Position numbers and translations under genes: made by a program | The notes under the pieces: generated by a model | Databases searched by the model: none | What the model was told of the DNA's origin: nothing | The model's input: only the letters and a program-made list of their open reading frames with translations | Assembly (NCBI RefSeq): GCF_006345805.1 | Contig: NC_042998.1 | Span: 96,162,001-96,226,000, forward strand | Length of the DNA: 64,000 bases | From: Octopus sinensis | Lineage: Eukaryota | Direction of reading: 5' to 3' | Part shown: in pieces, positions 53,281 to 64,000 of the stretch | Numbering within the stretch: the first letter of the stretch is position 1 | How the letters are laid out: each line of letters starts with the position of its first letter

Positions 53281-54369
53281 CACTTAATCAACCTCATACT
53301 GGTCACAAGGGATAAACAACCCTTTGTTAAACATCCGTTAATGTTATATCACCTGAAGAAATGAATCTATGAAGGTGATCTACCCGATGTCCACGGATAC
53401 GACAGGCTACACTGTAATCATCCTAGGAATACAGACTATTATCTCAAGAGATATGCGATTTGTGGAAACGCGCGTAGCGAGACATTAAACGTTTATAAAT
53501 TCCTTTCGAGGATCAATGATATTGTTACTATTATTGTTACTATAAATATATCAGGATACCACCTCCGGGTTCAAATCGAAAAGCACATAGATTCAGCCAT
53601 GATTAAGTTCATATTTACAAATTGGAAACAGAAAGTTTCTGTTTGAAGTGCAAAGTCAGGTTAATTACCATGGCAACAAATGCGTCTTTGAAGTTTATTA
53701 TCAAAGTTTATTCAGAAATAAACAATACATTTCAGTACTTGATAATGTGCGATGCGATGATACACCGGATGCAACAACTTTAGGTCTGTGTGTTCTAATC
53801 AATGAATTGTAGGAAATGGGCTTAAGTAGATGAACGCGTACACAATACATATATTGTAAGATGATACAGCGATCTAAGTATAATTCATCCTTTGTTTTAT
53901 ATATAATGTTGACTATAGTTTTAAATCTTCACTTCATGATAACAATGACAACAGATAAAAACAATTCCTTGGAAAACTCTTTCCTTACGCAATTAAAAAC
54001 ATTTATGTACAATATTAGTACAGTAACTAAGGAAACATCAACTTGTGATGTAAATATTTCTATGAGAAAAACCGAGTAAAACTATGATGAAATTTTGCTG
54101 TCAAAGGACAGTCCATGAATGGATATTTAGTGAAGACAGCAGAAATAAATAAAATGTATCGGGAACAAAAGCGTTATCAATGAAGTAATAAGTAAATATG
54201 TTTTGATAAATAAAAAATAATGTGCTTGCAAATACAACAGAGAAACAAAGAAGGAAGGAAAGAAGAGAGGAACGAACGAACGAACGAACGAAGGGAGGAA
54301 GGAAGGAAGGAAGGAAGGAAGATAGAAATCAAGAAAGAAAGAAAGAAAGAAAGAGACAAACAGTCAACC

Positions 54370-54491
<122 letters not shown>

Positions 54492-54714
54492 GACATTCCA
54501 GTTAATGTAAAAAGTTTGCTTTCTGAATTAGAAGCTTAGAAACCGTCACACTCTCCATTGTTAAGACGTTTTAAAAATTAAACTAGAACATAAATGCATG
54601 CATGCATACATACATACATACATACATACATACATACATACATACATACATACATACATACACATATACATGCATACATACATACATATATACACACACT
54701 CATATATGCATACA

Positions 54715-54758
<44 letters not shown>

Positions 54759-54993
54759 CAAGTGCGTGGACAAACGAAAGAACACTCAACACATTTATTG
54801 GGAGTTAAGAATGTATCAAAACCGATATACCGATATACCAACGTCAAAACACGACACCACGTGATCTTCCCCGACCACCTTACTGTAATGACAATCAACT
54901 TCTTTCATTCAAATTCAAAATAGGTGAAAACTAGCATCACGCTTGAAAGTCGGAGTACCAACGAATTTGAATCAAACTGTTTTCATCCATTTA

Positions 54994-56220
54994 CAGGGGG
55001 TAGACAAAATTATCGGAGCACGTGTTAAATTCAATAAATATTTATTTAATATGAGTTGGTCCTCCTTTAGCTTTCTGAATAGCTTCGATGCATCTAAGAA
55101 TTGATTCATACAGCTTCCTGACTTCATTGAGAAGAATATTGTGCCATTCTTCCAGCAAAACCTGCTCCATGTGTTACAGACATGATGGTGGAGAGTAACG
55201 ACTTCTAACTTGTTGCTCCAAGAGGCACCACAGATGCTCAGTAATATTGATATCTGAAGATTGAGGAAACCACTCCATATGGTGTAACTGACTACTATGC
55301 TCTTCATACCAATTCTTAACGACATGAGAGGTGTGTATTGGAGCAGTGTCATCTTGAAAGTTGCACTCACCGTCAGGGAATAATGTCTGAATCATAGGAA
55401 GGACTTGATTTTCCAAAATATTCAGATAATCATTGCTGTTGATTTCACCATGCCGGGCAACGATTAGGCCAAAGGAATTCCAAGAAATGGCTGCCCAAAC
55501 CATCACAGAACCTCCTCCATACTTCGCTGTAGGAAGAAGGCAGTCAGGATTAAAAGCTTCTTCAGGTTGCCTCCAGTCATAAACTCACCCAGCAGATGGG
55601 AAAAGAGAAAAACTGGACTCATCGGATAATATTACTTGCTTCCATTGGTCTGTCGACCAGCCCTTGTGAACTCTACACCAGTTCAGCTTTTTCTGTATGT
55701 TTGATGAGAGACCAGAGATTTCCTGATGGCGGCTCTTCCATGATATCCTGTATTATTGAGCTCACGGTGAAGAGTTTTGGTCGAAACTTGGATGTAGCCA
55801 CTTTAGGGGCAGTTGTCCGGTGATTTTTTCATCACAATGCAATTCAACACTCACCAGTCTCTTTCAGTGAGCTTCGAAGTCCTGCTGGACTTACTCCTCC
55901 TGCTGGAGGTTTTGCCCTGCTTCTCAAATTCAGTCATGGTCATTGATATGGTAGCTCTCGAAAAACCAAGGAGTTCAGCTGATCTGGTGACAGAAGCTCC
56001 TGCCATTCGAGCTCCAACAATTTGTCCTTTTTCGAACTTAGTGAGGTCACACGTCTTAGCTTAATTTATAGCACGATCTGAAAAAGGGATAGAAATAATC
56101 ATCAAATTAGATAAATAAAACCATCTATAAAGAAAACAAACACTCACAATGAAATTTGGATGGCTCATTGAAATGTTGGAGTTAAATTTCTACTGTTTCA
56201 CTTATTTTGTCCAACCCCTG
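54994..56220 (-). mobile_element. Full-length (1227 bp) decayed Tc1-type DNA transposon, DD36E
   Basis: TIRs CAGGGGTTGGACAAAATAA / CAGGGGGTAGACAAAATTA with TA on both flanks. Start codon mutated to ACG at 56052-54, then CDLTKFEKGQIVGARMAGASVTRSAELLG; SDESS; VMVWAAIS; FQDDTAPIH...DINITEHLW with 36 residues between D2 and E. Frameshifts present. Confidence 0.92.
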
Positions 56221-56484
56221 TATATATATAATGAAGAGCTTCTTTCAAAACCAGATGTATGCATTGGAAGGACTTTTGAGTAATTGTTTAAAACAACTTG
56301 AATATATCTGATTTTGATTGGAAGACTATGATTCGCCTCCTGTCTATATGGCATCTATCCCAGTTTGACTGAAAAACATTTTAACGTGCTTGAAGCCAGC
56401 AGATTACAGATTGTGTTTTAATGATCATAAATTCGACCAAATATACACTTATAGCGGTTTTGAAAGTAAGCTTCTAAATGTGTG

Positions 56485-56559
<75 letters not shown>

Positions 56560-56838
56560 TCAAATACACGCAAACGCGCGCACGCACACAAAATATGTGT
56601 GTGTGTATATATATATATATATACACACACACAAACACAATTTATTGAATAGGCAATTTGCTGTGTCTCTAAAGCATTAAACTATCAGTAGCTCTTTTGT
56701 AAATTGTGTATACTAATTATTTACCTTTCACTAGACGGAATACTTTTTATTGATCCTACCTATAACGGAATTGTAAACTGTATACACAGCATATACATAG
56801 AAACAAACATACGTGTATGTGTGCGTGCATGTGTGTGC

Positions 56839-56874
<36 letters not shown>

Positions 56875-58044
56875 ACATACATGCGCACTTATATATTTTC
56901 ATAGGTATGCATGTACTTATCGGAATATAAAAAGGCGAGTGGATTTTACCCGTACAAACGCGTGTAACCCAACATAAACACTATTATAACACGATTCACA
57001 TAATTTCGTTTTACACAAGCGCAGGAACATCTACGCAATAGTCCAATCTAATCAATAGTTCAATTTTATAACACATCCGCATGAAAAACAACGCCACTTA
57101 CAATTAGCTTAATCATTACAGGCAAACACTTTTATCAAACATTTTATCAAGCACATGAACACACTTTCATTTTGTGATGGCACTTAACAGAGACAAGCTT
57201 AACCTTTCTCTCTCCATTTCAACTATACTTTATGTCATGGAACTGAACTTATGAAGCATGTGATTAATAACCATTACACGTTACAGTATATATTTTGAAC
57301 TTGAAGAGTGCAGTAATTATCCACAGCATGGAGGTTATTTAATTGAAGTTATAGAATTACGTAGTGAATTCCCTACATTAAATATTTTTGTTGTGCGTTG
57401 TAAAGAATTTAATTTGTTGTGCATTACATAATTATACTTCTAGTCTGGTTAATCACTGGCTATATTACCAACACAGATGACATTCTCTCAATTATTATTG
57501 AGTGAGAAAATAGCGCACGCCATCAAAGTGACGCTGGGGTATAAATATACGAAGCCAAATATACCCATCATAACTACCAGTCTTTAAAAGTACACCAGGA
57601 CATGCATCACAACCATATCTGCGCGGCATGGTGACCTCCTATCAAGATAAACAGCGCATGACCTTGCAGATGGCCAGTTAGAATTTCCTTCAGGTTGAGT
57701 AGTACAGCCCGATCAAAAGGTCCCTGCATAAGTGTTGTTTAAGGATAATGAACGAACCACCCATGTTTCCACATGTGAATTATTCAACACCAAAGAATTC
57801 CCCTCAACATATGGCTATGGTACTCCCCCACTATTCCACCTCGTGATCAGAGATGCGCATATCGTCAGCTACTAAGGGACATGTTCAACCGGTTACGGTC
57901 GAGCAAGTGACAAGCTAATCAGTTGTACTAAGCAAAATACTCGCTTTTACACCAAAACAAAACGTGCGTGTTAACACTTCCAATCAGTTAAGATTAGAAA
58001 CCATGAGAGCCATTGTCAAGGCATTTTTGTTATCATTATTATTA

Positions 58045-59055
58045 TTAAGATGGCGAGCTGGCACAATCGTTACCGCGACAAGCAAAATGCTTAGCGGCAT
58101 TTCGTCCGTCTTTACGTTCAAATGCTGCCGAGGTCGACTTTGCCTCTTATCTTTTCGGGTCGATAAAATAAGTACCAGTTCAGAGCTAGAGGTCGATGTA
58201 ATCGACTTACCCCATCACCCGAACTTAATGATCTTGTGTCAAAATTTGAAACTATTATTACTACTTATTTCTTTATTGCCCGCAAGGGGCTAAACATAGA
58301 GGGGACAAACAAGGACATACAAAGGTATTAAGTCGATTATTTCGACCCCAGTGCGTAACTGGTACTTAATTTATCGACCCCGAAAGGATGAAAGGCAAAG
58401 TCGACCTCGGCGGAATTTGAACTCAGAATGTAGCGGCAGACGAAATACCGCTAAGCATTTCGCCCGGCGTTCTAACGTTTCTGCCAACTCGTCGCCTTGT
58501 TATTATTATTACTGTTGTTGCAAAGGTAGCTTGCTAGCAGAATTGGACGAAAGGCCTAGCAGTATTTCGCCCGTCGTTACGTTCTGAGTTCAAATTCCGC
58601 CGAGGTCGACATTGCCTTTCATCCTTTCGGGGCCGATAAATTAAGTACCAGTAAAATACTGGGGTCGATGAAATCGACTTGTCCCCTCCCCAACAATTTC
58701 AGACCTTGTGTCTATTGTAGAAAGGATTATTACTGTTGTTGTTGTTACTGCTGAGGACGTAAATTTCACCAAATTCATAGAATTATGCCATGAAATATTT
58801 TTACGTCATAACATTAGTTTATATAATACGATGCTGGAGAGTGGGGAAATTTTGGATACATCAGAGTCGGAAAAGCATGGCATTTTGCTCAGTTTCGTAC
58901 AAACCACTTCATTTTGACCGAATTTATGGAATTGCAAATAACAACAGTAACAGCAGCAGCAGTAACAACAACAACAACAGTAATAATCCTTTCTACAATA
59001 GACACAAGGCCTGAAATTGTTGGGGAGGGGACTAGTCGATTTCATCGACCCCAGT
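58045..59055. mobile_element. Cluster of four family A SINEs in alternating orientation
   Basis: + 58045-58255, - 58262-58497, + 58525-58722, - 58985-59055 (partial). Confidence 0.85.
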
Positions 59056-59275
59056 ATTATACCATGTTTTTTCTTTTCTTTTCTTTCTTTTTTTTTTTTG
59101 AGACTCAAGACTTTCATACACCCCTCGTACATATATTTATGTCGATATATATCTTCTCTTTTTTTTCTTTCTTTCAGAACTCCATGGAAACTTCTTTTGT
59201 AACGTATATACGTAAATAAGTTCAATTTCAAGTTCTATAGCTAAAAAGGTATGTATGTTAGTATTCAATTTTATT

Positions 59276-59480
59276 TCAAGATTTCTTGCCAATAGAGAAA
59301 GAGCCGGTTTCTAACCTAGATCATTGACATTTAAATATCAAGAGTGTATTTTTGTATGTATGTATGTATGTATGTATGTATGTATGTATGTTATGTATGT
59401 ATGTATGTATGTATGTCATTGTTCAGCTTTCTCTCAAGATTTCTTGCCAATAGAGAAAGAGCCGGTTTCTAACCTAGATC
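59276..59480 (+). repeat. Two identical 47-bp direct repeats separated by a (TATG)n-containing spacer
   Basis: TCAAGATTTCTTGCCAATAGAGAAAGAGCCGGTTTCTAACCTAGATC at 59276-59322 and 59434-59480. Confidence 0.92.
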
Positions 59481-59884
59481 TAAGGCTCTTTCATTGGAAT
59501 TTCAACATCAACAACAGGGTATTTTTGTTTGATTGTTTGTTTGTTTGTATGTATGTATGTATGTATGTGTGTGTATATGTAAGTATGAGAATACATGCAT
59601 GCATGTATGTATGTATGTATGTATGTATGTATGTATGTATGTATGTATGTATGTATGTATGCATGCATGTATGCATGTATGTGTGTGTGTATATATGTGT
59701 ATGTATATATGTGTATGCATGTATGTATGTATGTATGTATGTATGTATGTCTATGCATGTATATATGTATGTATGTTTGTATGCATACGTGCAGATTTGT
59801 TTGCATTGTTTTATGTGTGTCTTCTCATGCCTATAGTTGCATGTCTTGACATGCACATATACACTTAAATGATAAACTTCTGGA

Positions 59885-60005
59885 AAATCAGACATACCCA
59901 TATCGCAGTGATTTGGAACTTTGTGAATTATCACTTAGTACCCCATCAGTGAGTCCTGATAATTCACAACGTTAGAAATCACCGTGATATGGGTATGTCT
60001 GACTT
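59885..60005. repeat. 121-nt hairpin: 49-bp arms, 23-nt loop
   Basis: Arms 59885-59933 and 59957-60005 differ at 6 positions. Confidence 0.88.
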
Positions 60006-60221
60006 TCATTTTCGATTTTTTTCGTCAATGATTCGGAGTTTTAAAATTCTTTGACTCGTTTCCCCGATTTCACCATTGTGTACAAGTGGGAACTATGGTT
60101 CATAAGTCGTTTTGACTGTTATTTTTAGCATGCTGGTACTATCAGTTAATAAGTTTTGCCTTAACGGTTTTTACGCATTCTAGCCACTGATATTATTGTA
60201 AATTAAAAACTATAATATCCT

Positions 60222-60284
<63 letters not shown>

Positions 60285-60432
60285 GTAATTATATACAGTT
60301 GTTTAACATCGGCTGCTTAACATCAAAACGGCTGTTTAACATCAAAATGATAGCCATTTCCTGAATTCTACACCCAATTCCTTGTAAATAAATATTTCTT
60401 TTATAGTGTATTGTAAATATTTCGTTTTTGGA

Positions 60433-60660
60433 TTCGGTTTGCAAGATTCTTTATGTGAGTTCGTGAGTTGAAGCATATTCTGTTACGTTTGGGGAGTGTT
60501 TTGCCCTGCTTCTTATAATTTCTTTTAGCGCCTTATAATTTAACACACACACCGATAAAATTTCCAATCATTTCCTTCTTTATTTTTCTAAAATCTACGT
60601 TGCGTCTTGCAACCTTTTCAATGGTTGTCGACTCTGTCCGTTATTCAAGTTGCGTTCTTT
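60433..60660. repeat. Interspersed repeat (second copy 51803-51907 + 52467-52560), possibly a Penelope-like terminus
   Basis: Shared GGTTTGCAAGATTCTTTATGTGA(A/G)TTCGTG. Degenerate hammerhead-like motif on the minus strand at 60588-60624. Confidence 0.55.
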
Positions 60661-60841
60661 TTGTTTGATTGTGCGCATGTGTGTGGCTCAGTTTGTGTGC
60701 GCATACACATGTATGTATGTATGTATGTATGTATGTATGTATGTATGTATGTATGTATGTATGTATGTATGTATGTATGCATGCATGCATGCATGCATGT
60801 AATTGTGTGTATGCATGTACGTATGTGTGTGCGTGCGTATG

Positions 60842-60873
<32 letters not shown>

Positions 60874-62220
60874 TGTACGTTTGTATGTATGTATTCTACA
60901 TATTCATGTGTTTCTTTGCTTGTGTGTTCGTGTTTGTGAGTTTTTATGTGTGTGTGTATGTGTGTGTGTGTGTGTATGTGTGTGTGTATGTGTGTGTGTG
61001 TGTGTGTTTATGTGTACATCTGTCTCCTTGTATGTGCATGTCTGAGTGTGTCTGTGTGTATGCGCATGTATGAGTTTTTGTGACTATGTACTGTGTCTGT
61101 ATGTATAGATGTGTATCTCCACATGTGTGGACGTGTGTCTCCATATGTTCTTGTATGAAGTGAAGTGTGTGTGTGTATGGTCATGTGTTTCAGTCTTCAT
61201 TTGTGTATGTGTGTGTTAAAAGTGCTTGTTTGTTCATATAACCTATGTACCTATCCGTCTGTATGTCTATCTGTTTACTTTCATACCCATATGCCTACAC
61301 ACATGTGTATATACATATACACATACACATACAAACACACACATCTATTTACATAACAGCCCATTAACTGTTCTACCTGTGTATAAATATAAACTGTGGG
61401 TATGGGGGTGTGATTATCTATTACGTATATTTCCTACTTAGTAGTGGGGATGTTTCATTTATGAGGATGTACTCCTGTATTTATCTGAATGTTGGGTCCT
61501 TGGGGTGCTTGGATAAAATACGGATATCAAGTTGACCCAGGGTAAAAAAAAATGCAGGGATCGAATTGTTCAACTAAGCCTTTCAAAGCGGTGCCCGAGC
61601 ATGGCCACAGTACAATGACTGTAACAAGTAAACGATAAAGAGTAAAAAATATATAAAATGCAAGTCATTAATTTTTTCTATTAAATGAAATAATATATAT
61701 TTATATTTTTTGCCTGAGTAAGCGCTGACGACATTGCGTACTCAAACGGTACTTCCTGAGTTATTTTTATTTTTTCTATTTCTCTAGATTCATTCATCAC
61801 GTGAAGATGTGTATGAAACTGACAAAAGTGTTTTCCTCTTTTAGATACTTATATTCTGCAGTATTTTCCCACTCCTTTGTAACAATATAATATCTATAGA
61901 GATATTAACTCCCTAGAAATCTCTTTTATGACATAAGTATTAGTATATATTTAGCACTTCTTGACTGAATATGTGTTCTAATTAAGGAAAGGCAAGCTCT
62001 TGACAATAACATATTGATTATTTTTTTATCTTTTAATTGTTTCAGTGCATTGGAGTGCGACCATTAGGGGCCCCACTTCGGAGGGTTCCTGTCGAATGAA
62101 ACGACCTTTGTACTAATTATTTTTTAAAACCCTGGTAATTATTCTTACGGTCTCTTATGCGGAACCGGTATCACGCGTAGTAGGACACGCGCTCGCGTGC
62201 ATACACGTGAATATATATAT

Positions 62221-62271
<51 letters not shown>

Positions 62272-62286
62272 GTATATGTATATATA

Positions 62287-62322
<36 letters not shown>

Positions 62323-62327
<5 letters not shown>

Positions 62328-62466
62328 TAGATATGTTTCGACCAAAGATTGGTCCAGGCCATGTCTAACTTAATAGCACCACCTGATAGGATTATTCGAA
62401 TCCTGTTTAAGTCAAGTTTTGTTCAAGTAGTGAGTTCTTGTTGGGTGAGTTGTATCCAATTATGGG
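62323..62466 (-). mobile_element. Short 3' terminal copy of the CR1 subfamily at 9303
   Basis: Near-identical to 9303-9457 apart from an 11-bp deletion and a few substitutions. Confidence 0.92.
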
Positions 62467-62654
62467 TACAGTATTATATATCCATTACGGCCGATCTTAC
62501 CAATCGGTTCCGCACTAGGGGTTCAAAGGAATATTAGGTTACATAATCGGGTAGTTACCGATTGTGTAACACTGCACTCTTCAGAGATGGCACTCTATTA
62601 ACAAATGACGAATGCGTATTTATTCTGACTTATGGATTCTTAGACAGCTTTATA

Positions 62655-63960
62655 CACTCATATAAATATATATCCCTCATAATGACAGTCGACTAGCTCT
62701 TAAACATTTAGACCGTCGTTCGGTACCTGAATTCCGCACTAATACACTCATCCGCTTAGCTGAGCTCGTCTAAACACTTAATTGTTTTTCCTTCTCTGGT
62801 GAATTCTATAAGCAAATCAGCGGTGTTGCTATGGGCACCAGGATGGGCCCTAATCATGCCAACCTCTTCGTAGGTTATGTAGAGGAGCAAATCTTTGTTA
62901 ACTTCTCTGGATCCACCCCAGAGCTTTATGGTCGTTACATTGACGACTGCATTGGTGCCACAAGCCTTAATAGACAACAACTCAACGATTTTATTTCTTT
63001 CGTTAACACCTTCACCCAGCCTTGGAATTCACCCACACCATATCTGATACTTCTGTTTGGTTTCTGGACATCTCCCTCAAAGCACATAATACCTATCTCT
63101 CCACCTGTGTCTACTATAAATCTACTGACTCCCACTCTTATCTCCGCTAATCTTCCTCTCACCCAAAACACATTAAATCTGACATACCTTTCTTTCAATT
63201 TCTTCGTCTTCGACGACTTTGCAGCATCGATTCGGATTTCGAATCCTATTGCAAAACGATGCAACAGTTTTTTTCTAAATCGAAGGTATCCTCCATCAGT
63301 TGTCAATCCGGCACTTCACCGAGCCTGAGCCATCAAGCACACCGCAGCTCATCCACCATCTTCGCGCACTTCCTCTGACTGTATTCCTCTCTCTCTCTCA
63401 CCTACCATCCATCCCTCTAAAATACAAGCTCACCCACAACTTTTGCATTATTCTTTCCGACCCAACAACCATCGCTATCTTTCCCACACCGCTTCTTCTG
63501 TCTTTTAAAAAATGACAAGGGTCTTAGAAATCTCCTTGTTAGAAGCTTCACAGCTCCCAGCTCCGCTCAATAAAGAACTTTTAAATATTATCGCCGATGT
63601 TGTAACACATGCCCCTACATCAACAATATTATTACCATCAAGGGGCCCAAGAAGCGATATCACATAACACACCACTTCTGTTACACTTCTGCGAATCTCA
63701 TATAGTGCATCATATGCAAACTCTGCGGTGCTCTTTATATTGGAGAAACAGGGAGATGCCTTGGGGATCGCTTTCACGAACACATCAGAAGCATGATGCT
63801 ACGTATGCCAGACCAACCTGTCGCCACTCACTTCAACACTGTGAATCATTGTATTATAGATTTAACAGTGTGTGGCATGACCTTGCATCACGGACCCTCC
63901 TTCTCTAGGAAACGAATGGAGCAACGTCTCATATTTGATCTTGTCACTATGTTTCATCCT
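62655..63960 (+). mobile_element. Penelope-like element (RT + GIY-YIG endonuclease), decayed
   Basis: KQISGVAMGTRMGPNHANLFVGYVEE..YGRYIDDCIG (PLE RT); YYKSTDSHSYL..SSSHP; FLRLRRLCS; LYIGETGRCLGDRFHEH (GIY-YIG); PVATHFN. Many frameshifts. Confidence 0.92.
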
Positions 63961-64000
63961 TCACCTCCTCTTAATTCCTTTTTACCCTTTTTAATCCTCC

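Noticed and set aside
57600-57960. GC-richer block that looks like an interspersed repeat
   Set aside because: Single copy in the window with no ORF, TIR or TSD, so it cannot be classified from this sequence alone.

Overview
AT-rich eukaryotic DNA crowded with microsatellites: (TA)n, (TATC)n, (TATG)n, (CA)n, (ATT)n and (GAT)n. The SINE families resemble octopus tRNA-derived SINEs as I recall them, so the source is probably a coleoid cephalopod such as Octopus; this is recognition, not a database result. I found no credible host-gene exon, rRNA, tRNA gene or CRISPR array. Nearly all listed ORFs are microsatellite read-throughs or decayed transposon fragments. The window holds CR1/L2, RTE and R4/Dong-type LINE fragments, a Penelope-like RT+GIY-YIG element, a full-length decayed DD36E Tc1 element, maT and Merlin transposase remnants, Helitron-like and MITE-like elements, and about 20 SINEs or SINE fragments. 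The most interesting signal is several unrelated short repeats that carry minimal type-I hammerhead-ribozyme-like motifs of the Penelope terminal-repeat kind. Their core 3:8 base pair takes three different Watson-Crick forms (C:G, G:C, U:A). Two of these repeats form large fold-back structures: a 404-bp inverted repeat that captured a LINE 3' end, and a 936-bp palindrome made of palindromes. Also notable are a LINE/SINE shared 3' stem-loop with compensatory changes and a trimeric SINE inserted as one unit with a 19-bp TSD. Coordinates were counted by hand, and the ends of decayed elements are approximate.
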